From: Marsupella aquatica
Lineage: Eukaryota > Plantae > Marchantiophyta
Direction of reading: 5' to 3'
DNA: 64,000 nt
Assembly (NCBI GenBank): GCA_973895155.1
Contig: OZ316891.1
Location: 6,873,708-6,937,707, forward strand
Shown here: piece after piece, positions 48,772 to 61,007 of the stretch
Layout: each line of letters opens with the position of its first letter
How positions within the stretch are numbered: the stretch's first letter is position 1
Notes under the pieces: generated by a model
Told to the model about the DNA's origin: nothing
Seen by the model: the letters and a program-made list of their open reading frames with translations, nothing else
The model's database searches: none
Translations under genes and position numbers: made by a program

Positions 48772-51700
48772 TGTCACACGTCAGTGGCTGGGTTTAGGCG
48801 CCTGTCCATTGGGTTTTCACTTTTGACATTTACTTTCCCCTTCTGCCTTGTCCGGGGAAACTCTGATGCCTTCTTGCATCTACTTGTACAGTTGGTGAAT
48901 GAAAACGTTTACACAAATTTTCATTCTATTCTTTCTCGTGCAAGAGTTTTTTGTCTCAGCTCAATCACAGGTTATGGGCCATTTTTTGAAGCTTCAGACT
49001 CTTTCACACTGCTTGTCCTGGCGTTGCTAGTCTATGTGATTTCCTGTCACTACGTACACAACACTTCTTGCTGTTCTTTGCTAGTTTTCTCAGCATCTGG
49101 ATCTTGCTTTTTGCGTCACACATTTTGACATCATGCCTTCTAATTTTACTGGAGGTTACAACATTCATTTAGTCCCGCACCTTCTAGGCAGTTCGAATTA
49201 CAAATCTTGGAAACGAAATATCACTGCTACTATTCGTGCCTCTGGTGTTTGGCTATACATTGACGGCACTGCCATTGCTCCCATTCAACGAGCAGCCGAA
49301 ATTGACTATGTTTTTCAGGATAGATTAGATGCACATGATCTAAAGGAAGCGCAAGCCAGGAATATCATTCTTTCTACTTGTTCTGAGAGCATCCAATTCT
49401 CACTCGACCATGCTAAGACTGCTCAGAAATGCTGGATTCATCTGGCTGATGCTTACGCTTCTGAAGGCATCATCCAGAAATTTGACGTTTGGGCACATTA
49501 TGCTCGAATGCTTTATAATGGAGAACCTATCGAAGAATACTATAACAATTATAGATCAGCTTGGAAGCATGTTCAGAGCGCTGGGATTAAGCTTGACGAT
49601 GATATCAAACCTCTCCATTTTATCAGTAGTGTTGAGCGCCATTTCTCCACCTGGTCATTCTCTAAGAGAGAGTAGATGCGTACTTCACCGAAGACACTTC
49701 CATCCCTTGCTGCTCTTATTCATGATCTGTCCGATGAATGCTCGCGACTCAATTTGGAACAGGCTAATGCTATATCTTCTCCTATTTTTCAACTCCAGGC
49801 TACTACTTCTATTGCTAATCCTACAACTGTTTCTTCCTCTCCCTCGTCTAGTGTTTCTTCTTCCTCCAAGAAACCAGTTAATCGTGACTCCTGTACTTTC
49901 TGTGGCATTCTTGGCCACAAGGATGATCGCTGTTTTTACAAACATATCCACATTAGGCCTGAAGGCTGGCAACCACATCCAACTATTCTCAAGCGGTTGC
50001 AGCCTTGTGCACCTGCTAATCGTTCTGTTTTAAATATTGCTTCTACCTCCGTGCCTCCTTTACCTACTCCTGTTCAATCACACTTACATGATGAGGAAAT
50101 GCTTGATCTTTTTGCTGGCAACCTTCATGTTGCTTTCAATCAGCAATTAATCCCTGGCCTTCATCCTCACATTTGGATTGCTGATTCAGGAGCGAGCCAT
50201 CATTTTTGTAACAATCATGCTCTTTTAATTTCGTACATCTCTGATCCTCTTCCAATTAATACTGGTTCAGGATCTACCATTTCCCCTGGTCACGGTTCAA
50301 TTGTTCTTCGTCTGCAACGTTCTAATAGATCTTATACCGAAACGGAACTCTCTAATGTTCGATACATGCCATCCTGTTTCCTTAATACTATTTCTGAAGA
50401 TCTGCTTGAGCAGTGTTCTATTTTTTGGAACGGAGAACTTCAAAAATTTATTCACTCCCCTACCGGTGATGAATTTGCTACCGTCACAAAACAGAATGGC
50501 CTTAAGACTTTTACTGTCTTACCGGCTACTCAACTTGCTATCTCTTTGCATCCTCGATCTGATGATATTAACATTTGGCATCGACGTCTAGCTCATCTTC
50601 ATCTGGCTGCAGTTTCTACTCTTCTTCGACAACTTGATATTAAGATCTCCGATTCTACTCCTTTTCGACCTTGTGAAGTGTGTGCCCTGGCAAAGTCTAC
50701 TCGCATTATTTCTAGATTTCCACATACTCGCGCTATAGCTCCATTTCAGAAAGTACATTTTGATCTATGCGGCAAGATTTCCACTCCAGGCATTGGAAAC
50801 AAGAATTATTTTCTTGTTATTACTGATGACTTCTCACGCAATCGATGGACTACGAGTTTGACTTACAAGAATGAGGCATTGGTACTGCTTCAAAAGTTTT
50901 TTCAGATGGTTACTACTCAGTAAAAATCCACCATTCTCGAAGTACATCTTGACAATGGTCTTGAATTCGGTGGCAATCAGCTTCAAGAATTTTCAGAGAG
51001 CCAAGGAGTTAAAATATTCTACTCTGCTCCCTATCACCACGAGCAGAATGGCATTGCTGAACGCGCCATCGGAGTCATCTCTGCTAAAGCTTGTGCAATG
51101 TTACTTGACTCTCACCTTCCTAATTTGCTTTGGCCAAAAGCAGTTCTCACTGCTACGTTTCTTGCCAATCATTCTCCTACCTCAGTTAATCCCTTATCTG
51201 AGCCCCCTGCCGCTCTTCTTTCTTCTACGTTAAAACTCCCTTTTGTTTTTTGTGCCGACCGTCTCCACGTTTTTGGTGCTCTTGCATATGTCCATATTCC
51301 TCCTGAAACTCGTCTTCGTGGTGCAAAATTCATTGCTAGGGCTCAGAAAGGCTACTTTGTCAGGTATGCCACTGGTCAAAATTTTCGTATCTGGCTCCCG
51401 CATAATTCCTCCGTCATTCAATCTGCTTATGTTCATTTTGATGAAACTGCCCATGATTCTTCTTTTAAAGTTTCTACGTCCCCTTTATCCTCTCGTGATT
51501 ACGTTGAGATTTGTGTTCCTTCTTTTACTCCTCAACATACTCTTCCCGACTCTGCACCCCTTACATCGATACACCTTCCCTTGATCGATCTATGGTTCCT
51601 ATTATTCCTCCTCCCCTTGGCAGTCAGCCGCTTCAGGACCTACACGCTGATTTACAAGCTACTCCAGTCATCACTCGTGTTTCTTCTCGATCGAATAAGG

Positions 51701-53694
51701 GTATTCCTCCTGTTCATTTTTGTGATGAATCTGAGATAATTCCTCCCACATCTCAGTTGTTCCTTCATCAACACCTTCTTACAAAAACTCCGCCTACTCT
51801 CCTTTATTCATATCATAGTGCCCTTTTTTCCTCGTTTCCTACGGATGTTCCTCATACTCACACTCAAGCTATGGCACGTGCCGATGCTGCTCATTGGAAA
51901 GAAGCTGAATTACGGGAGATCAACCAGCTTCATAAACTCAAAGTAGCTCATCTCGTCCCACTTCCAGCTGGTGCCCGTCTTCTCCCCTCTCGTTGGGTCT
52001 ACTCACTTAAGCGAGATGGCCTTTACAAGGCTCGTTTTGTTGTACGTGGCGATAAGCAACGGCCAGGCATTGATTATGATTCTACATTTGCCTCAGTTGT
52101 GCGGCCTGAGACTTTTCAAACCATTCTGGCACTTGTCAACATTCATAACTGGGAGGCTCATAGTTTTGATGTGGTCACTGCTTTTATCTATGCATTGCTC
52201 CATTCACCATCGCCAATTTATGTTCGACCTCCACCAGGATACGATACGTATGATGTCAATGGCTCCCTATTGGTATGGTTACTCATTCAAGCTCTCTACG
52301 GTCTTCGACAATCTGCCCGAATGTGGTACCATGAGATTGTTGAATCTTCTGCTACTTTTGGTTTCATTCCACTCCCTTCCAATCCATGCGTCCTCCAGAA
52401 TTCTGACGGAGAATTGATAGTCCTTTGGGTTGACAATTTGATAATTGTTTCACCATCAGTATCTGGTGTACATCGCATTCGGGATCAACTTACCTCGCAC
52501 TATGAACTTCGTGACCTCGGTCCTTTATCTGACTATTTGGGAATGACTATCACCCGCAATCGATCTCATCATACGATTCATTTGGGACAAGCACCTTATA
52601 CTCTTAAAATCTTGCAGCATTTTCATATGGATTCAAGCCTACCTCTTTCTTCTCCCAGCACGGGAACTGATGATCTTGTTCCATCCACATCTCAAGCAAC
52701 CGATAATGATAAGCAACGCTATCAATCTATGATTGGCTCCTTACTATATCTTGCGGTTTGGACTCGCCCTGATATTGCTGAACGGTGTTCTAAGCTTCAG
52801 TTGGGCAATTTGCTCATAATCCGGACTCTACTCATGAAAGTGCACTACGATCTGTTTTCCGGTACATTAATACCACTCGGCATCTCGGCCTTACTTTTGG
52901 TTTTCACGACTTCCCTGGATTAGAGGTTCATTCCCTGGGGTTTTCTGGTTTTTCTGATGCTTCATTTGCCGACAATGTTTCGGATCGCAAATCTACCAGT
53001 GGATATCTGTTTAAACTTGGTGGCGGCGCCATATCTTGGAAGTCTCGCAAACAACCTGTTACTGCTAAGTCTTCCACTGAATCTGAGTATTTAGCCTATT
53101 CTTTGGCTTGTAAAGAAGCTGTTTGGTTGCGGCAATTACTCTTTGATTTACGACACCATATGGCTGATGCAGAGTGTGTCATTCTATATGGGGACAACCA
53201 GCCGGCTATTTCTCTTACTTACAATCTGGAGCATCATTTTTGCACTAAGCACATTGGAGTTCAGTGGCATTACATTTGCTAGCAAGTCAAAACTGGCGTG
53301 ATAGAGTTGAAATATCTCTCCACAGCCCTTATGCCCGCCGACGGTTTCACCAAGCCACTCCAAGGGCTTAAATTCACTAGATTTGTTCAGATGTTAGCTC
53401 TACAATCGTTATCTTAGTAGTAGATTTTTTTTGCTTCAGAAGATCTGAGGGGTCTGTCGATTTACCTCTTTTGTCGTTCTTCTGATAGTGTCAGTGTCAC
53501 ACGTCTGTGGCTGGGTTTAGGTGCCTGTCCACTGGGTTTTCACTTTTGACATTTACTTTCCCCTTCCGCCTTGTCCGGGGAAACTCTGATGCCTTCTTGC
53601 ATCTACTTGTACAGTTGGTGAATGAAAACGTTTACGCAAATTTTCATTTTATTCTTTCTCGTGCAAGAGTTTTTTGTCTCAGCTCTCAATCACA
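48772..53694 (+). mobile_element. Full-length degenerate Ty1/Copia retrotransposon
   Basis: LTRs 48772-48969 and 53495-53694 (6 substitutions and a 2-bp indel by eye; the 3' LTR may start at 53455). PBS GGTTATGGGCCC at 48970-48981. Flanks AAGTC / (A)AAGCC form an imperfect TSD. Confidence 0.93.
49133..53417 (+). pseudogene. Copia gag-pol polyprotein (gag, zinc knuckle, protease, integrase, RT, RNase H), disrupted
   Basis: CTFCGILGHKDDRC, WIADSGASHH, WHRRLAH...CEVC, EQNGIAER, YKARFVVRG, LYGLRQS, WVDN, RKSTSGY, ADGFTK. Stops at 49673, 50921 and about 53280, plus frameshifts at about 51510-51600 and about 52800. Confidence 0.92.
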
Positions 53695-54936
53695 AAAGCC
53701 ACTATCCCAAAAAACCTAAGACCAAGGGGTGGACATTGGCCCTTCCAAGAAAACGTCGTTACTGACAGTTCGCCTGAATTCTTCAGCAAATTTGCATTTT
53801 CGGAAAGGTGGGAATTGAAACAGTACTCATTTCTTTGCAAGGATGCCGTCGGACGCTGTTAAGGTGGCGTTACTTTACCAACGTTGTGCACAGATAGAAC
53901 TAGTCACACATACAGATCGATATTATAATTATGACAAAACGGCAAGGCTAATTGAAGGTGACTTCAGAGGCTAAGATCGGGGTATGGGCTAGGACGATTA
54001 CCTCAGTCCTAGGAAGGTACTTCGATTCCGGCGCCCAGCCCAACAGATTTGGAACAGTGGATCAAGCCGACCCGGATGCTTAGCGACTCACTGATGCGTT
54101 TCAATCGTCGTGTTACAAGCAGAGCCAACGTACCAACATAACTATGTAGAAACCAAGTATGTAAGTTTGCGCAATCGTGAGCTCCACAACATCGTCTCGG
54201 TTCGCCAGTATCGCCGAGAGGACAAGTTATCCTAGGAAGAAGACCTGCAGCGCCATGGACAACGAAGGTCTGAGCACACTACTGTCTACAGCAAATTCTT
54301 TCAACGTCATCACGCAGCACCTCTATACTACACGCCAAATACCGAAACAACATCGATCGCAGGTCAAGGAGGGCCTGCCCTGACAATCAATTCTAAATGA
54401 TTCTTTGATGAATAAGGATAACTTGCAATCGAGGTCGTTCCTGCTCGCAATGTGACGTGGCTCGAAATTGACGATACTCTGATGTCAACCATCCTGTTTT
54501 CTACTTGAGTTTTGAGAGCAAGCTTTTTTGGTGGGTTTCGTCACAGCCTGTGCAACGACGCAGTGTCCCTGAAATTACAGTTGGCGAAATTTTCTCTCGA
54601 GACAATCATAATGTTTAAAGTCCATGAGCGGACACTTCGCATGAAATTACACAGTCATTGGAAAAATGGCCAGAGCCAGGACGATTCACACGGCAATACG
54701 GGAGACTGAATTCCCCGACGTGTTTGACTACTTGGAACGATGGTTCGGGGAAACTTGAAGATGGGTTTTTATTTTCTACATAATTATAAGATAATTATAA
54801 GATGACGAGCCCCATGCCCGGGCTTTGCATGGTACAATGAGGGCGCCTGGAGTGAGAGGCAAGAGAGGGCAAGTGGTAATCGAATCTAATGGATACAAAA
54901 ATACTTTGAAATATTTAATTGTCAACTTTGATTTCA

Positions 54937-55125
54937 GCCAATTCTGTATTTCAGAATAGGAGGAAGGTTGAAAAAAGGCAGGATCACTCATTATGGTTGT
55001 AGATTGGGTTACCTTCCCAGAAATGGGGATTCCTGCCAATTCTGTATTTCATAATAAGGCGAAGGATGAAAAAAGGCAGGATCACTTATTATAGTTATAG
55101 ATTGGGTTACCTTCCCAGAAATGGT
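54937..55125. repeat. Tandem duplication, about 97-bp unit, two copies
   Basis: GCCAATTCTGTATTTCA...AAAAAAGGCAGGATCACT...AGATTGGGTTACCTTCCCAGAAATGG occurs twice. Confidence 0.85.
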
Positions 55126-55668
55126 GATTTCATGGCCGGTATACTCATGACATATATACATTTGGTAAAGAAAAGTACCAAATAATGTATACATCTCTAT
55201 AATACTCTATCCGGCCATTTGTTGGATGCTCATGATATATATACATTTAGTTGGTATGCTCATGATATATATACATTTGGTAAAGAAAGTACAAAATAAA
55301 ATATAAATCTATATTTATAATACTGCCATTTAGTCCCTCATTTGTTTACAAAAACAGCTATGGGTGGGAATGGTCAGTAGCAGGTAGATAGTGAGCAAGG
55401 TTTTTAATTAGGTTTGATGAAATTAGAATCTTAGCCTCAAAACTGACGGGATGAGAGGATGAAGGCCAAAGACTAAAGACACCCTCACTGGTCAAGGAAG
55501 AAGGACAAAGACAGAGGACGCCCTAATGCCAGGGTGACACCTTGCCCTCCCACATCAATGTCGAGGCAGCGTGGACACAGTAAAATCTGCGACGAAAGGC
55601 AATCTCGAGGCTCATTAAGAGCCTCGGGTACACACCTGCCCGCGCCTACTGCCCGCCTTCAACATATT

Positions 55669-55805
55669 TTTTTGAATGTGAATAGCATGAATGATCCCCA
55701 CTTTTTGGGTGGGATGAATGTTAAAATGCATTCTTTGACCCAACCGGTTTCAAACCCGGGACCTCCTGATCCCTAACTGAGCTGTGCTACCATTGAGTCT
55801 CTCCA
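55669..55805 (-). mobile_element. tRNA-derived SINE (tRNA-Pro-like head)
   Basis: Minus strand: A-box-like CTCAATGGTAG, loop TTAGGGA, B-box-like GGTCCCGGGTTTGAAACCGG, then a short tail ending in an A-run. Flanks CAACATATT / CAATATATT (TSD with one mismatch). Confidence 0.65.
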
Positions 55806-57145
55806 CAATATATTCGTGACAACATTCTTTTGCTCTAGGTACTTATCCTAAAATCAGACGCAATACATACGGGCAGCAGGGAGCACTAACAAGGTAATCA
55901 ATGCGGATTAGCATTAATTATCCTCGAGATTGAGTTTCGTCCTTAATCTCAGTAAAACTGCCTCATCAATGCCTCAGGCCGTATTCACGAGCGCCGGTCT
56001 TCATTCTGAAATTTACTACTCTAGGCTCATGCAATAGGGATGTGAATCCCAATGTGAATTCATGTGCTCCTGCCGGGGCTCCTGCTAAAAGAGAGCTAGG
56101 GATTCCTGTCACATAAACTAAGGCTTTTAACATTTTTATGAAATTTAAACTTCTCTGGCTGACCCTTATTCCTGGAGAGATATGTTTAGTAGACCCCCTT
56201 CTGGAAAAAGTTTGTTTAATCAACCCCCTCCATACTTTTCCCCAATCTGGATGGACCTTTCGATCTCAGATCTGGACCATTGATAGACCTGGGGGGTCTA
56301 TCAAGTAACAAGTTTCATTTTGGGGTGGATCAAACCAATACCTCCTTATTCCTGACTGTTCTTATAAAAACACTTTTGGATAGTTTTATAAAGAGCTCAA
56401 CGGAGTACCTTTTGCCGGGTGAGGATCTTTACTAGGAGTTTAGTCCTAGTTCATTTACAATTAAAGGATGAATTTCAGTAATGGTCATGATTTTTTTTTG
56501 CTTATCCAAATGTACACTTTTTGAAAGCCAAAAGTACACATAGTTAATATTTGCCCAAATTTTCATAAATAGAACTCCTTTTTAATTAATAGATTGAAGT
56601 ACTTCAACAGTATTTGGACAAAATCAACATGATTCTTGTGACACTTGGAGCACTCCCATTCTTCACTATTTTGCACACTTTCGTAAAGACCTGGGCCATT
56701 GACACATAGTGACCATTAACCTGATCACCCTTCCTTGAACATAAATAAAACTTAAAGATAGGGAGATTCCAGATAAAATGATTTCCTGCACTTTCTTTTT
56801 TAATTTGCAAGACAAAACTTTATCCAAGTTTATATCTTGGATGAAGTTTTGTCTTCCAAGATAGCACTAAAGATAACTCTTTCTTGTTATCAATCTCTTG
56901 TTTTTGTCTCCACCGCCACTTTGGGGTAACCTCTCTGTTAGAGTCAAGGTCTAGAGGCTCTAGAAAGTAGGCCCAGGGAGTAGCTTTTGACTGCCTTCTA
57001 TTAGTTAGTAGTTAGATTGTTGGACTTGGGACTAATATCTGTCGCCTCTATTAGTTAGTAGTTAGATTGCTGGACTTGGGATGAATATCTGTTGCCTCTA
57101 GAAAGTAGGCCCAGAGAGTAGCTTTTGATTGCTTTCTATTAGTTC

Positions 57146-57331
57146 GAATAAGATAATGTCCTGGTTAGAGGGCATTATGAGATATAATGCCCTGAAAAAT
57201 GAGGGGGGGAGCCCAAGTTTTGAGGGCATTATTCTCATAATGCCAGTAACTAGAATATTAATGTGCGTAAAAACTTGAGTGATTTTTAGGTGACAAACAA
57301 GCAAAAGTGAATCTCTAAATAGAAAATCCAA
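57146..57331. mobile_element. Dispersed repeat family R1, partial inverted copy
   Basis: Reverse complement of about 16075-16262. Directly abuts the broken end of the Copia pol. Confidence 0.75.
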
Positions 57332-60048
57332 TTACACTCCATCAGCTGCACTCCATTGATAACCCTTCGCATCCAAGTAGCCAAAAGAAATCAAATTCTT
57401 ACACATATCTGGAATGTACAATTTGACATTTGACAGAGTACAATACTTGCCACCGGGTAGTTGAATCTTTACAGATCCAATCCCTAAAACTTTGCAAGAA
57501 TGATTATTTCCCATCAAAATAGATCCATTGATAGGAGTGTAGGATGAGAAAAGTTCACGCATATAACATACATGATACGAGCAAGCGGAATCCAGAATCC
57601 ATTTGCAATCTTCAACTTTGGAAGTGGTACACCCCCAATGCAAATCCTTCACTATCCTCTTCTCGAACAACTACTTGGGCTGAAGGACTTGCAACTTCCT
57701 TGAATGTGTCTTTTACGCGACAATCCTTTTTCATGTGGCTCACTTTGTCACACTTCCAACACTTTATCTCACGAGTAGACTTGGATGGTGATTTGGATCG
57801 AGATCTAGATCTGGATCTAAACCTCCTCCTACCAAATGATCGGTCTTGGAATCTTCCTCGCTCAATAGGAAGTGGGTTAAACCTTTTATTTTCATGAAAT
57901 GGCTCCCTCATCTTGCCTCTTTCGACCAACAGTGCTGTTGAGGATGAGGTTGAGGTAGGATGAGATAAAGAAACCAACTTAGACTACATGTCATCGGTCA
58001 ACAAGGCACTCACCACATCATTGTAGGATATAGTTGTCTTATCACGAAATAGAAGAACTCGAGACAAAGACTGGTATGAAGGTGGTAGTGAGCTCAAGAG
58101 CTGTAAGAATTTTTTTTCTTCGCTCAGATGCTCCCCCAAATTCTCTAGGTCAACCACAAGATCATTAAACTAATTGATATGATCTTGAATCTTGACTCCC
58201 TCAGCCATTTTGAATTGCATGAGCTTCAGGTTTGCATACATTTGGTTTGACATCTCCTTCTTGTAGTACTTGTTGCATAATGCTTCAAACAAGTCGGTCA
58301 CCGTTTGTGTTGATTTTTCCTCAAATTGCTTCTTCACATTGTTTTTCAGGTACATGCCAACAATGCTTACCGCTTGATCCTGGAGATCATGGCAATCATC
58401 ATCGTCCATCTCCTTGGGTTGAGATCTTAGTACCTTGCCTAGGCCCATCGCCCTAAGTGCATCCCTCACGTTACGTTTCGACATTGTATAGTCCATCCGA
58501 TCATCAAATTTTTCCACCTTAAACCGTTGACCTCCAATCCTTGTAGTTGCCATCGCTAGAATGCAAAATGTAGTGTGGAGTTGCCTTCCGACAAGAAATA
58601 AACGTCGAATGCTCAGATGTGGGGTGTGAAAATAAGGCCAAAAATGAAAGTTGCTGAATTTTAAAATTGATCACTCTTGTGTGTAGCCCACAAGGTAACG
58701 CTCCAAATTCTGAAAACGGTTTTTCAAATGGACTCTCAAGTGCCGAGAATTTTTACTCCGACCGGAGGGGGATAGAAAATGAAATAATTACTAACCCCTT
58801 GAGAGAATCTATTATGCCAAAGATTCCACTAGTATACTTTTTCAAAATCAAATGCACCAATATTTGCCTAGCTTCCCCAAGTACACCTCTCCAAAAGTTG
58901 AAGTTGATCCGATTTTGTTTGCCACTCGGAATCTTTGACCTTCGGTAAAAATTAAAGCCTCTGGAAAATAATCTTTTTGGGAAGTTCCGTCCGCCCCTGT
59001 GGGGGAAATCCACAGGGGGCACTTCCCCCCGCCCAAGCCCTGTCGAGCCCTAAAAGGCCTCCCTCGAAGTTTTCAACCTCCTCACGCGTCCATGGAAGTC
59101 GCGACTACTCGCGGCGGAACATACCCCTCCACGGATTCACTCAAATTCTCGTCTCAGTGTTTGACGAAATCTAAATTTGATTGCAGATTCAAAAACTAGA
59201 ATTTGAGGGCATAAAGATCAATATAAAGAACTCTCAAAACGGTGAAAAATTGAGGGAAAAACAAATAGATGAAAGTGACTAATATTAACTTATCCACCAT
59301 AGCCAAAATTTTGAGTTCAAAAACAAGAATTGAAATTGAGATTGCTTCTCAATTGTTTGACGGAATTCAATGATGTTGATGTCGAAACGTCCAGAAAGAC
59401 AAGGTGCTCAAGCGTATCTTAGTTTCAAGTCCCGAAAGAACAATAAAAAAGACTGATATGAGAAATTGAACTTATCTCTTGCCCGATAGCTCAAATCAAA
59501 AACTGTCACTTGTAATTGTTTTCGTTTCTGACCTCAGGCCATCATTGCTTCACTGAAATGAGCCCCTGGTTGTGTGCTCCACACTTGTGAGAAGATTGAG
59601 TCCGATCTCCTTCCAATAGCTCTGCTTCAAAGAGGAAGACTTCTGCTGTTCGCTTTGCCTAAAGCAAATTCTATGGAGTTTCTAATCAACTGAGAAAACC
59701 TGAGCTCTGATACCAATTGTGGGGAGAAATAAAATCACGAAAAACACTCCAAACATACACTTGCTCAATTGTTACGTGGTTTGCCTCAAGGTTGGCTACA
59801 TCCACGGGAAGACCAAACTTTATTAACGGTTATGTGTCTACTCAAGCATCACCATAGCTCTCTTCTCTTCAAGCTCTCATCTCCTACTGCTATGCTATGT
59901 GTTCTCTCTTGAGAACTCTCTTGTGTGTGTTTTCACACCACATAGAACTTGGAGAGATAAGGATCAATCCCTTCAACTAGGGTTAGAGTAAACCCTAGTT
60001 AACATACTAACCACCATAGTTCAACCCAAGACTAAGTTAACCTCTACA
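57332..60048 (-). mobile_element. 3'-truncated Ty1/Copia retrotransposon (Tnt1/Tork-like)
   Basis: Putative 5' LTR 60048-59718 (TGTAGAGG...CCCCACA on the minus strand). PBS TGGTATCAGAGC (tRNA-iMet) at 59715-59704. Gag from 58553 (VEKFD, QFKMAEG...DHIN), CWKCDKVSHMKKDC knuckle, protease WILDSACSYH. Ends at 57332, before integrase. Confidence 0.88.
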
Positions 60049-60383
60049 AGTAAACCAGGCCCGTGACCAAAGGAGTTTGGTCACAAAAGCTGAACTTTTG
60101 TATATAGGTTATGATCACTTCTTTGTTGTCACCAATTCATGGGTACTCTAGCGGTAATGGTATTCCACTTGGGAAGGGAAGGTCCTGAGTTTAAAACTCG
60201 TGACCAGCTGTGGGTAATTTTGCTCGGGCAGATGTCCAGGCAGCGCTCAGGCAGCCATATAGGTAGGCGTTTGGGTAGCGCTCGGGCAGGCGAGTAGGTG
60301 CTAGGACAGTTGCATCGGCCTCGGGCAGATGCAAGGACAGGTGTCCAAGCAATTGCTTGACAAGTGTCATGGCAAGTGCCTCA

Positions 60384-60669
60384 GGGGTATCACTTCCACA
60401 AAAATGACATATCATGTAGAATAAAGTATAGGGTCATTTTATTGAATTGAAGGGATGATTTAAGATTTTATGAGAAGAACAATATGGTCTTTTAAATCTA
60501 ATTTTGAGACTTATCAGAACATTAGTGACTTTATAACCAAAATTTTGGAATATTTCAAGGATATTTTAACTTTATAAAGATTAAAAAATTAAAAAAATTC
60601 ATACATTTTCGGGGTCCGAGACTTGAAATTGTCGCAGGTGATGGGGAAACATCCATATAGTGAGACACT
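60384..60669. mobile_element. MITE family M2 copy
   Basis: GGGGTATCACTTCCACAAAAATGACA...TCCATATAGTGAGACAC. Confidence 0.8.
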
Positions 60670-60837
60670 CGAGGCACGTGCTCAACATGCATTGCGCTTG
60701 CGAGAGCGAGACCCACCACCCACTTGCAAAAATATCTCGCCCTGTGTGACCCACCACCCACTTGCAAAAATGTCTCGCCCTGTGTGAGGTTGTCCCCATG
60801 ACCAGAAGATTGATAGCCGTTGAGTGTTCTCATCACA

Positions 60838-61007
60838 GAGGATCGGTACTATTCGCGCAGGCGAGTGTTTTAACTACTCTGTGATGACGGAGGATCGGTA
60901 CTATTCGCACTGTCTCCAGAAATTTGGAAATAGCTATTGCACTCGAGGATCGGTACTATTCGCACTGTCTCCAGAAATTTGGAAATAGCTATTGCACTCG
61001 AGGATCG
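60838..61007. repeat. Exact 55-bp tandem duplication plus one partial unit
   Basis: GAGGATCGGTACTATTCGC at 60838, 60890 and 60945. 60890-60944 is identical to 60945-60999. Confidence 0.9.

Noticed and set aside
48630-54400. Possible minus-strand gene interrupted by the Copia insertion (…FIYVAIYVNSLDRSLEKL…)
   Set aside because: Short, with an upstream in-frame stop and no identifiable family.
55735-55805. Functional tRNA gene
   Set aside because: Stems do not pair well; the A tail and TSD favour a SINE or pseudogene.
60838-61007. Regularly spaced 19-bp repeats resembling a CRISPR array
   Set aside because: Two of the three 'spacers' are identical, there are no cas genes and the context is eukaryotic. 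It is a simple tandem duplication.
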